Origin: Eledone cirrhosa
Taxonomy: Eukaryota
NCBI GenBank assembly: GCA_964016885.1
Contig: OZ024740.1
Location: 341,062,001-341,126,000 of the forward strand
Direction: 5' to 3'
DNA length: 64,000 nt
This document shows, piece after piece, positions 36,300 to 48,600 of the stretch (the stretch's first letter is position 1; each line of letters starts with the position of its first letter). Made by a program: the position numbers and the translations under genes. The notes beneath the pieces are model-generated. The model saw only the letters and a program-made list of their open reading frames with translations. It did no database searches and was not told the DNA's origin.

Positions 36300-36650
36300 T
36301 GGAATGAAGATGTGGTAGAGGTAGGCTAAGGAAGATTTCAGTCAGCAGAAGTGGTGAGAGCAGATCTCAAAATGCTGAACCTCACAAAGGAGATGACAAA
36401 GGAAAAAGACAAATGGAGGAATGCTATGCTGGAGAGGACTCATCTAACCAGTGCTGGATTTACTATTGTGCTTAGGTGTGCTTAAGCACAAGGACCCATT
36501 GGCCAGGAGGCCAAAAAATCTTTTTACAATGAATTTTTCAAATGTTTGGGGCTTCATAACTTAACTAGAACAGGGCCTCATTTGTCCTAAATCCAGCACT
36601 GCATCTAACCTATGCAAACATGGGCAAATGGACATAAGATGATGATGATG
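36300..36650 (+). mobile_element. Old RTE LINE 3' end (interrupted by an hAT MITE) with (GAT)n tail
   Basis: Encodes EVVRADLKMLNLTKEMTKEKDKWRNAMLERT, followed by catctaacctatgcaaacatgggcaaatggacataagatgatgatg. Confidence 0.7.
36449..36601. mobile_element. hAT-type MITE (153 bp)
   Basis: 14-bp TIR CAGTGCTGGATTTA/TAAATCCAGCACTG; 8-bp TSD CATCTAAC at 36441-36448 and 36602-36609. Confidence 0.9.
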
Positions 36651-39600
36651 GTGGTGGTAGTAATGACAGTGGTGATGATGATGGTAGGGGTAATGACAGT
36701 AGTGGTGGTGATGATGATGGTGGTGGTAATGACAGTGGTGGTGATGACGATGCTGGTCATGATGATGATGATGGTGGTGGTGGTAGAGGTAATGATGATT
36801 CTGGTCATGATGATAATGATGGTGGTGGTAGAGGTAATGACAGTGGTGGTGATGACGATGCTGGTCATGATGAAGGTGTTGGTGGTAGTGGTAATGACAG
36901 TGGTGGTGATGACGATGCTGTCATGATGGTGTTGGTGGTAATGGTAATGACAGTGGTGGCGATGACGATGCTGGTCATGATGGTGTTGGTGGTAGTGGTA
37001 ATGACAGTGGTGGCGATGACGATGCTGGTCATGATGGTGTTGGTGGTAGTGGTAATGACAGTGGTGGTGATGACGATGCTGTCATGATGGTGTTGGTGGT
37101 AGTGGTAATGACAGTGGTGGTGATGACGATGCTGGTCATGATGGTGTTGGTGGTAGTGGTAATGACAGTGGTGGTGATGACGATGCTGTCATGATGGTGT
37201 TGGTGGTAGTGGTAATGACAGTGATGGTGATGACGATGCTGTCATGATGGTGTTGGTGGTAGTGGTAATGACAGTGGTGGTGATGACGATGCTGGTCATG
37301 ATGGTGTTGGTGGTAGTGGTAGTGGTAGTGACAGCGATGACGATGCTGGTCATGATGGTGTTGGTGGTAGTGGTAATGACAGTGGTGGTGATGACGATGC
37401 TGTCATGAAGGTGTTGGTGGTAGTGGTAATGACAGTGATGGTGATGACGATGCTGGTCATGATGGTGTTGGTGGTAGTGGTAGTGGTAATGACAGTGGTG
37501 GTGATGACGATGCTGGTCATGATGGTGTTGGTGGTAGTGGTAGTGGTAATGACAGTGGTGGTGATGACGATGCTGTCATGAAGGTGTTGGTGGTAGTGGT
37601 AATGACAGTGGTGGTGATGACGATGCTGTCATGATGGTGTTGGTGGTAGTGGTAATGACAGTGGTGGTGATGACGATGCTGTCATGATGGTGTTGGTGGT
37701 AGTGGTAATGACAGTGGTGGTGATGACGATGCTGGTCATGATGGTGTTGGTGGTAGTGGTAATGACAGTGGTGGTGATGACGATGCTGGTCATGATGGTG
37801 TTGGTGGTAGTGGTAATGACAGTGGTGGTGATGACGATGCTGTCATGATGGTGTTGGTGGTAGTGGTAATGACAGTGGTGGTGATGACGATGCTGGTCAT
37901 GATGGTGTTGGTGGTAGTGGTAATGACAGTGGTGGTGATGACGATGCTGTCATGATGGTGTTGGTGGTAGTGGTAATGACAGTGGTGGTGATGACGATGC
38001 TGGTCATGATGGTGTTGGTGGTAGTGGTAATGACAGTGGTGGTGATGACGATGCTGTCATGATGGTGTTGGTGGTAGTGGTAATGACAGTGGTGGTGATG
38101 ACGATGCTGGTCATGATGGTGTTGGTGGTAGTGGTAGTGACAGTGGTGGTGATGACGATGCTGTCATGATGGTGTTGGTGGTAGTGGTAATGACAGTGGT
38201 GGTGATGACGATGCTGTCATGATGGTGTTGGTGGTAGTGGTAATGACAGTGGTGGTGATGACGATGCTGGTCATGATGGTGTTGGTGGTAGTGGTAATGA
38301 CAGTGGTGGTGATGACGATGCTGGTCATGATGGTGTTGGTGGTAGTGGTAATGACAGTGGTGGTGATGACGATGCTGTCATGAAGGTGTTGGTGGTAGTG
38401 GTAATGACAGTGATGGTGATGACGATGCTGTCATGATAGTGTTGGTGGTAGTGGTAATGACAGTGGTGGTGATGACGATGCTGTCATGATGGTGTTGGTG
38501 GTAGTGGTAGTGGTAATGACTGTGGTGGTGATGATGATGCTGTCATGATGGTGTTGGTGGTAGTGGTAGTGGTAATGACAGTGGTGGTGATGACGATGCT
38601 GTCATGATGGTGTTGGTGGTAGTGGTAGTGGTAATGACAGTGGTGGTGATGACGATGCTGTCATGATGGTGTTGGTGGTAGTGGTAGTGGTAATGACAGT
38701 GGTGGTGATGATGATGCTGTCATGATGGTGTTGGTGGTAGTGGTAGTGGTAATGACAGTGGTGGTGATGACGATGATGTCATGATGGTGTTGGTGGTAGT
38801 GGTAGTGGTAATGACAGTGGTGGTGATGACGATGCTGTCATGATGGTGTTGGTGGTAGTGGTAGTGGTAATGACAGTGGTGGTGATGACGATGCTGTCAT
38901 GATGGTGTTGGTGGTAGTGGTAGTGGTAATGACAGTGGTGGTGATGATGATGCTGTCATGATGGTGTTGGTGGTAGTGGTAGTGGTAATGACAGTGGTGG
39001 TGATGACGATGCTGTCATGATGGTGTTGGTGGTAGTGGTAATGACAGTGGTGGTGATGACGATGCTGTCATGATGGTGTTGGTGGTAGTGGTAGTGGTAA
39101 TGACAGTGGTGGTGATGACGATGCTGTCATGATGGTGTTGGTGGTAGTGGTAGTGGTAATGACAGTGGTGGTGATGACGATGCTGTCATGATGGTGTTGG
39201 TGGTAGTGGTAGTGGTAATGACAGTGGTGGTGATGACGATGCTGTCATGATGGTGTTGGTGGTAGTGGTAGTGGTAATGACAGTGGTGGTGATGACGATG
39301 CTGTCATGATGGTGTTGGTGGTAGTGGTAGTGGTAATGACAGTGGTGGTGATGACGATGCTGTCATGATGGTGTTGGTGGTAGTGGTAGTGGTAATGACA
39401 GTGGTGGTGATGACGATGCTGTCATGATGGTGTTGGTGGTAGTGGTAGTGGTAATGACAGTGGTGGTGATGATGATGCTGTCATGATGGTGTTGGTGGTA
39501 GTGGTAGTGGTAATGACAGTGGTGGTGATGACGATGCTGTCATGATGGTGTTGGTGGTAGTGGTAATGACAGTGGTGGTGATGACGATGCTGTCATGATG

Positions 39601-42600
39601 GTGTTGGTGGTAGTGGTAGTGGTAATGACAGTGGTGGTGATGACGATGCTGTCATGATGGTGTTGGTGGTAGTGGTAGTGGTAATGACAGTGGTGGTGAT
39701 GACGATGCTGTCATGATGGTGTTGGTGGTAGTGGTAGTGGTAATGACTGTGGTGGTGATGATGATGCTGTCATGATGGTGTTGGTGGTAGTGGTAGTGGT
39801 AATGACAGTGGTGGTGATGACGATGCTGTCATGATGGTGTTGGTGGTAGTGGTAATGACAGTGGTGGTGATGACGATGCTGTCATGATGGTGGTAGTGGT
39901 AGTGGTAATGACAGTGGTGGTGATGACGATGCTGTCATGATGGTGTTGGTGGTAGTGGTAGTGGTAATGACAGTGGTGGTGATGACGATGCTGTCATGAT
40001 GGTGTTGGTGGTAGTGGTAGTGGTAATGACAGTGGTGGTGATGACGATGCTGGTCATGATGGTGTTGGTGGTAGTGGTAATGGTAATGACAGTGGTGGTG
40101 ATGACGATGCTGTCATGAAGGTGTTGGTGGTAGTGGTAATGACAGTGGTGGCGATGACGATGCTGGTCATGATGGTGTTGGTGGTAGTGGTAATGACAGT
40201 GGTGGTGATGACGATGCTGTCATGATGGTGTTGGTGGTAGTGGTAATGACAGTGGTGGCGATGACGATGCTGGTCATGATGGTGTTGGTGGTAGTGGTAA
40301 TGACAGTGGTGGTGATGACGATGCTGGTCATGATGGTGTTGGTGGTAGTGGTAATGACAGTGGTGGTGATGACGATGCTGGTCATGATGGTGTTGGTGGT
40401 AGTGGTAGTGGTAATGACAGTGGTGGTGATGACGATGCTGGTCATGATGGTGTTGGTGGTAGTGGTAATGACAGTGGTGGTGATGACGATGCTGTCATGA
40501 TGGTGTTGGTGGTAGTGGTAATGACAGTGGTGGTGATGACGATGCTGGTCATGATGGTGTTGGTGGTAGTGGTAGTGGTAATGACAGTGGTGGTGATGAC
40601 GATGCTGTCATGATGGTGTTGGTGGTAGTGGTAATGACAGTGGTGGTGATGACGATGCTGTCATGATGGTGTTGGTGGTAGTGGTAATGACAGTGGTGGT
40701 GATGACGATGCTGGTCATGATGGTGTTGGTGGTAGTGGTAATGACAGTGGTGGTGATGACGATGCTGTCATGATGGTGTTGGTGGTAGTGGTAATGACAG
40801 TGGTGGTGATGACGATGCTGTCATGATGGTGTTGGTGGTAGTGGTAATAACAGTGGTGGTGATGACGATGCTGGTCATGATGGTGGTAGTGGTAGTGGTA
40901 ATGACAGTGGTGGTGATGACGATGCTGTCATGAAGGTGTTGGTGGTAGTGGTAGTGACAGTGGTGGTGATGACGATGCTGGTCATGATGGTGTTGGTGGT
41001 AGTGGTAATGACAGTGGTGGTGATGACGATGCTGTCATGAAGGTGTTGGTGGTAGTGGTAATGACAGTGGTGGTGATGACGATGCTGTCATGATGGTGTT
41101 GGTGCTAGTGGTAGTGACAGTGGTGGTGATGACGATGCTGTCATGAAGGTGTTGGTGGTAGTGGTAGTGACAGTGGTGGTGATGACGATGCTGTCATGAA
41201 GGTGTTGGTGGTAGTGGTAATGACAGTGGTGGTGATGACGATGCTGGTCATGATGGTGTTGGTGGTAGTGGTAATGACAGTGGTGGTGATGACGATGCTG
41301 GTCATGATGGTGTTGGTGGTAGTGGTAATGACAGTGGTGGTGATGACGATGCTGGTCATGATGGTGTTGGTGGTAGTGGTAGTGGTAATGACAGTGGTGG
41401 TGATGACGATGCTGTCATGATGGTGTTGGTGGTAGTGGTAATGACAGTGGTGGTGATGACGATGCTGTCATGATGGTGTTGGTGGTAGTGGTAATGACAG
41501 TGGTGGTGATGACGATGCTGTCATGAAGGTGTTGGTGGTAGTGGTAATGACAGTGGTGGTGATGACGATGCTGTCATGAAGGTGTTGGTGGTAGTGGTAA
41601 TGACAGTGGTGGTGATGACGATGCTGTCATGAAGGTGTTGGTGGTAGTGGTAGTGACAGTGGTGGTGATGACGATGCTGTCATGAAGGTGTTGGTGGTAG
41701 TGGTAATGACAGTGGTGGTGATGACGATGCTGTCATGAAGGTGTTGGTGGTAGTGGTAGTGACAGTGGTGGTGATGACGATGCTGTCATGATGGTGTTGG
41801 TGGTAGTGGTAGTGGTAATGACAGTGGTGGTGATGACGATGCTGTCATGATGGTGTTGGTGGTAGTGGTAGTGGTAATGACAGTGGTGGTGATGACGATG
41901 CTGTCATGATGGTGTTGGTGGTAGTGGTAGTGGTAATGACAGTGGTGGTGATGACGATGCTGTCATGATGGTGTTGGTGGTAGTGGTAATGACAGTGGTG
42001 GTGATGACGATGCTGTCATGATGGTGTTGGTGGTAGTGGTAATGACAGTGGTGGTGATGACGATGCTGTCACGATGGTGTTGGTGGTAGTGGTAATGACA
42101 GTGGTGGTGATGACGATGCTGTCATGATGGTGTTGGTGGTAGTGGTAATGACAGTGGTGGTGATGACGATGCTGTCATGATGGTGTTGGTGGTAGTGGTA
42201 GTGGTAATGACAGTGGTGGTGATGACGATGCTGTCATGATGGTGTTGGTGGTAGTGGTAGTGGTAATGACAGTGGTGGTGATGACGATGCTGTCATGATG
42301 GTGTTGGTGGTAGTGGTAGTGGTAATGACAGTGGTGGTGATGACGATGCTGTCATGATGGTGTTGGTGGTAGTGGTAGTGGTAATGACAGTGGTGGTGAT
42401 GACGATGCTGTCATGATGGTGTTGGTGGTAGTGGTAATGACAGTGGTGGTGATGACGATGCTGTCATGATGGTGTTGGTGGTAGTGGTAATGACAGTGGT
42501 GGTGATGACGATGCTGTCATGATGGTGTTGGTGGTAGTGGTAATGACAGTGGTGGTGATGACGATGCTGTCATGATGGTGTTGGTGGTAGTGGTAATGAC

Positions 42601-45600
42601 AGTGGTGGTGATGACGATGCTGTCATGATGGTGTTGGTGGTAGTGGTAATGACAGTGGTGGCGATGACGATGCTGGTCATGATGGTGTTGGTGGTAGTGG
42701 TAGTGGTAATGACAGTGGTGGTGATGACGATGCTGTCATGAAGGTGTTGGTGGTAGTGGTAATGACAGTGGTGGTGATGATGATGCTGTCATGAAGGTGT
42801 TGGTGGTAGTGGTAAAGACAGTGGTGGTGATGACGATGCTGGTCATGATGGTGTTGGTGGTAGTGGTAATGACAGTGGTGGTGATGACGATGCTGTCATG
42901 ATGGTGTTGGTGGTAGTGGTAGTGACAGTGGTGGTGATGACGATGCTGGTCATGATGGTGTTGGTGGTAGTGGTAATGACAGTGGTGGTGATGACGATGC
43001 TGTCATGATGGTGTTGGTGGTAGTGGTAATGACAGTGGTGGTGATGACGATGCTGTCATGATGGTGTTGGTGGTAGTGGTAGTGGTAGTGACAGCGATGA
43101 CGATGCTGTCATGAAGGTGTTGGTGGTAGTGGTAATGACAGTGGTGGTGATGACGATGCTGTCATGAAGGTGTTGGTGGTAGTGGTAATGACAGTGGTGG
43201 TGATGACGATGCTGTCATGATGGTGTTGGTGGTAGTGGTAATGACAGTGGTGGTGATGACGATGCTGTCATGAAGGTGTTGGTGGTAGTGGTAATGACAG
43301 TGGTGGTGATGACGATGCTGTCATGAAGGTGTTGGTGGTAGTGGTAATGACAGTGGTGGTGATGACGATGCTGTCATGATGGTGTTGGTGGTAGTGGTAG
43401 TGACAGTGGTGGTGATGACGATGCTGGTCATGATGGTGTTGGTGGTAGTGGTAATGACAGTGGTGGTGATGACGATGCTGTCATGATGGTGTTGGTGGTA
43501 GTGGTAATGACAGTGGTGGTGATGACGATGCTGTCATGATGGTGTTGGTGGTAGTGGTAGTGGTAGTGACAGCGATGACGATGCTGTCATGAAGGTGTTG
43601 GTGGTAGTGGTAATGACAGTGGTGGTGATGACGATGCTGTCATGAAGGTGTTGGTGGTAGTGGTAATGACAGTGGTGGTGATGACGATGCTGTCATGATG
43701 GTGTTGGTGGTAGTGGTAATGACAGTGGTGGTGATGACGATGCTGGTCATGATGGTGTTGGTGGTAGTGGTAATGACAGTGGTGGTGATGACGATGCTGG
43801 TCATGATGGTGTTGGTGTTAGTGGTAATGACAGTGGTGGTGATGACGATGCTGGTCATGATGGTGTTGGTGGTAGTGGTAATGACAGTGGTGGTGATGAC
43901 GATGCTGTCATGATAGTGTTGGTGGTAGTGGTAATGACAGTGGTGGTGATGACGATGCTGTCATGAAGGTGTTGGTGGTAGTGGTAATGACAGTGGTGGT
44001 GATGACGATGCTGGTCATGATGGTGTTGGTGGTAGTGGTAATGACAGTGGTTGTGATGACGATGCTGGTCATGATGGTGTTGGTGGTAGTGGTAATGACA
44101 GCGGTGGTGATGACGATGCTGTCATGATGGTGTTGGTGGTAGTGGTAATGACAGTGGTGGTGATGACGATGCTGTCATGATAGTGTTGGTGGTAGTGGTA
44201 ATGACAGTGGTGGTGATGACGATGCTGTCATGAAGGTGTTGGTGGTAGTGGTAATGACAGTGGTGGTGATGACGATGCTGGTCATGATGGTGTTGGTGGT
44301 AGTGGTAATGACAGTGGTGGTGATGACGATGCTGGTCATGATGGTGTTGGTGGTAGTGGTAATGACAGTGGTGGTGATGACGATGCTGGTCATGATGGTG
44401 TTGGTGGTAGTGGTAATGACAGTGGTGGTGATGACGATGCTGTCATGATGGTGTTGGTGGTAGTGGTAATGACAGTGGTGGTGATGACGATGCTGTCATG
44501 ATGGTGTTGGTGGTAGTGGTAATGACAGTGGTGGTGATGACGATGCTGTCATGAAGGTGTTGGTGGTAGTGGTAATGACAGTGGTGGTGATGATGATGCT
44601 GTCATGAAGGTGTTGGTGGTAGTGGTAATGACAGTGGTGGTGATGACGATGCTGTCATGATGGTGTTGGTGGTAGTGGTAATGACAGTGGTGGTGATGAC
44701 GATGCTGGTCATGATGGTGTTGGTGGTAGTGGTAGTGGTAATGACAGTGGTGGTGATGACGATGCTGTCATGATGGTGTTGGTGGTAGTGGTAATGACAG
44801 TGGTGGTGATGACGATGCTGTCATGAAGGTGTTGGTGGTAGTGGTAATGACAGTGGTGGTGATGACGATGCTGGTCATGATGGTGTTGGTGGTAGTGGTA
44901 ATGACAGTGGTGGTGATGACGATGCTGTCATGATGGTGTTGGTGGTAGTGGTAATGACAGTGGTGGTGATGACGATGCTGTCATGAAGGTGTTGGTGGTA
45001 GTGGTAATGACAGTGGTGGTGATGACGATGCTGTCATGAAGGTGTTGGTGGTAGTGGTAATGACAGTGGTGGTGATGACGATGCTGTCATGATGGTGTTG
45101 GTGGTAGTGGTAATGACAGTGGTGGTGATGACGATGCTGGTCATGATGGTGTTGGTGGTAGTGGTAGTGGTAATGACAGTGGTGGTGATGACGATGCTGT
45201 CATGATGGTGTTGGTGGTAGTGGTAATGACAGTGGTGGTGATGACGATGCTGTCATGAAGGTGTTGGTGGTAGTGGTAATGACAGTGGTGGTGATGACGA
45301 TGCTGGTCATGATGGTGTTGGTGGTAGTGGTAATGACAGTGGTGGTGATGACGATGCTGTCATGATGGTGTTGGTGGTAGTGGTAGTGACAGTGGTGGTG
45401 ATGACGATGCTGTCATGATGGTGTTGGTGGTAGTGGTAATGACAGTGGTGGTGATGACGATGCTGTCATGATGGTGTTGGTGGTAGTGGTAATGACAGTG
45501 GTGGTGATGACGATGCTGTCATGATGGTGTTGGTGGTAGTGGTAATGACAGTGGTGGTGATGACGATGCTGTCATGATGGTGTTGGTGGTAGTGGTAATG

Positions 45601-48600
45601 ACAGTGGTGGTGATGACGATGCTGTCATGATGGTGTTGGTGGTAGTGGTAATGACAGTGGTGGTGATGACGATGCTGTCATGATGGTGTTGGTGGTAGTG
45701 GTAATGACAGTGGTGGTGATGACGATGCTGTCATGATGGTGTTGGTGGTAGTGGTAATGACAGTGGTGGCGATGACGATGCTGGTCATGATGGTGTTGGT
45801 GGTAGTGGTAGTGGTAATGACAGTGGTGGTGATGACGATGCTGTCATGAAGGTGTTGGTGGTAGTGGTAATGACAGTGGTGGTGATGATGATGCTGTCAT
45901 GAAGGTGTTGGTGGTAGTGGTAAAGACAGTGGTGGTGATGACGATGCTGGTCATGATGGTGTTGGTGGTAGTGGTAATGACAGTGGTGGCGATGACGATG
46001 CTGGTCATGATGGTGTTGGTGGTAGTGGTAGTGGTAGTGGTAATGACAGTGGTGGTGATGACAATGCTGTCATGAAGGTGTTGGTGGTAGTGGTAGTGGT
46101 AATGACAGTGGTGGTGATGACGATGCTGTCATGAAGGTGTTGGTGGTAGTGGTAGTGGTAATGACAGTGGTGGTGATGACGATGCTGTCATGAAGGTGTT
46201 GGTGGTAGTGGTAATGACAGTGGTGGTGATGACGATGCTGTCATGAAGGTGTTGGTGGTAGTGGTAATGACAGTGGTGGTGATGACGATGCTGTCATGAT
46301 GGTGTTGGTGGTAGTGGTAGTGACAGTGGTGGTGATGACGATGCTGGTCATGATGGTGTTGGTGGTAGTGGTAATGACAGTGGTGGTGATGACGATGCTG
46401 TCATGATGGTGTTGGTGGTAGTGGTAATGACAGTGGTGGTGATGACGATGCTGTCATGATGGTGTTGGTGGTAGTGGTAGTGGTAGTGACAGCGATGACG
46501 ATGCTGTCATGAAGGTGTTGGTGGTAGTGGTAATGACAGTGGTGGTGATGACGATGCTGTCATGAAGGTGTTGGTGGTAGTGGTAATGACAGTGGTGGTG
46601 ATGACGATGCTGTCATGATGGTGTTGGTGGTAGTGGTAATGACAGTGGTGGTGATGACGATGCTGGTCATGATGGTGTTGGTGGTAGTGGTAATGACAGT
46701 GGTGGTGATGACGATGCTGGTCATGATGGTGTTGGTGTTAGTGGTAATGACAGTGGTGGTGATGACGATGCTGGTCATGATGGTGTTGGTGGTAGTGGTA
46801 ATGACAGTGGTGGTGATGACGATGCTGTCATGATAGTGTTGGTGGTAGTGGTAATGACAGTGGTGGTGATGACGATGCTGTCATGAAGGTGTTGGTGGTA
46901 GTGGTAATGACAGTGGTGGTGATGACGATGCTGGTCATGATGGTGTTGGTGGTAGTGGTAATGACAGTGGTTGTGATGACGATGCTGGTCATGATGGTGT
47001 TGGTGGTAGTGGTAATGACAGCGGTGGTGATGACGATGCTGTCATGATGGTGTTGGTGGTAGTGGTAATGACAGTGGTGGTGATGACGATGCTGTCATGA
47101 TAGTGTTGGTGGTAGTGGTAATGACAGTGGTGGTGATGACGATGCTGTCATGAAGGTGTTGGTGGTAGTGGTAATGACAGTGGTGGTGATGACGATGCTG
47201 GTCATGATGGTGTTGGTGGTAGTGGTAATGACAGTGGTGGTGATGACGATGCTGGTCATGATGGTGTTGGTGGTAGTGGTAATGACAGTGGTGGTGATGA
47301 CGATGCTGGTCATGATGGTGTTGGTGGTAGTGGTAATGACAGTGGTGGTGATGACGATGCTGTCATGATGGTGTTGGTGGTAGTGGTAATGACAGTGGTG
47401 GTGATGACGATGCTGTCATGATGGTGTTGGTGGTAGTGGTAATGACAGTGGTGGTGATGACGATGCTGTCATGAAGGTGTTGGTGGTAGTGGTAATGACA
47501 GTGGTGGTGATGATGATGCTGTCATGAAGGTGTTGGTGGTAGTGGTAATGACAGTGGTGGTGATGACGATGCTGTCATGATGGTGTTGGTGGTAGTGGTA
47601 ATGACAGTGGTGGTGATGACGATGCTGGTCATGATGGTGTTGGTGGTAGTGGTAGTGGTAATGACAGTGGTGGTGATGACGATGCTGTCATGATGGTGTT
47701 GGTGGTAGTGGTAATGACAGTGGTGGTGATGACGATGCTGTCATGAAGGTGTTGGTGGTAGTGGTAATGACAGTGGTGGTGATGACGATGCTGGTCATGA
47801 TGGTGTTGGTGGTAGTGGTAATGACAGTGGTGGTGATGACGATGCTGTCATGATGGTGTTGGTGGTAGTGGTAATGACAGTGGTGGTGATGACGATGCTG
47901 TCATGAAGGTGTTGGTGGTAGTGGTAATGACAGTGGTGGTGATGACGATGCTGTCATGAAGGTGTTGGTGGTAGTGGTAATGACAGTGGTGGTGATGACG
48001 ATGCTGTCATGATGGTGTTGGTGGTAGTGGTAATGACAGTGGTGGTGATGACGATGCTGGTCATGATGGTGTTGGTGGTAGTGGTAGTGGTAATGACAGT
48101 GGTGGTGATGACGATGCTGTCATGATGGTGTTGGTGGTAGTGGTAATGACAGTGGTGGTGATGACGATGCTGTCATGAAGGTGTTGGTGGTAGTGGTAAT
48201 GACAGTGGTGGTGATGACGATGCTGGTCATGATGGTGTTGGTGGTAGTGGTAATGACAGTGGTGGTGATGACGATGCTGTCATGATGGTGTTGGTGGTAG
48301 TGGTAATGACAGTGGTGGTGATGACGATGCTGTCATGATGGTGTTGGTGGTAGTGGTAATGACAGTGGTGGTGATGACGATGCTGTCATGATGGTGTTGG
48401 TGGTAGTGGTAATGACAGTGGTGGTGATGACGATGCTGTCATGATGGTGTTGGTGGTAGTGGTAATGACAGTGGTGGTGATGACGATGCTGTCATGATGG
48501 TGTTGGTGGTAGTGGTAATGACAGTGGTGGTGATGACGATGCTGTCATGATGGTGTTGGTGGTAGTGGTAATGACAGTGGTGGTGATGACGATGCTGTCA

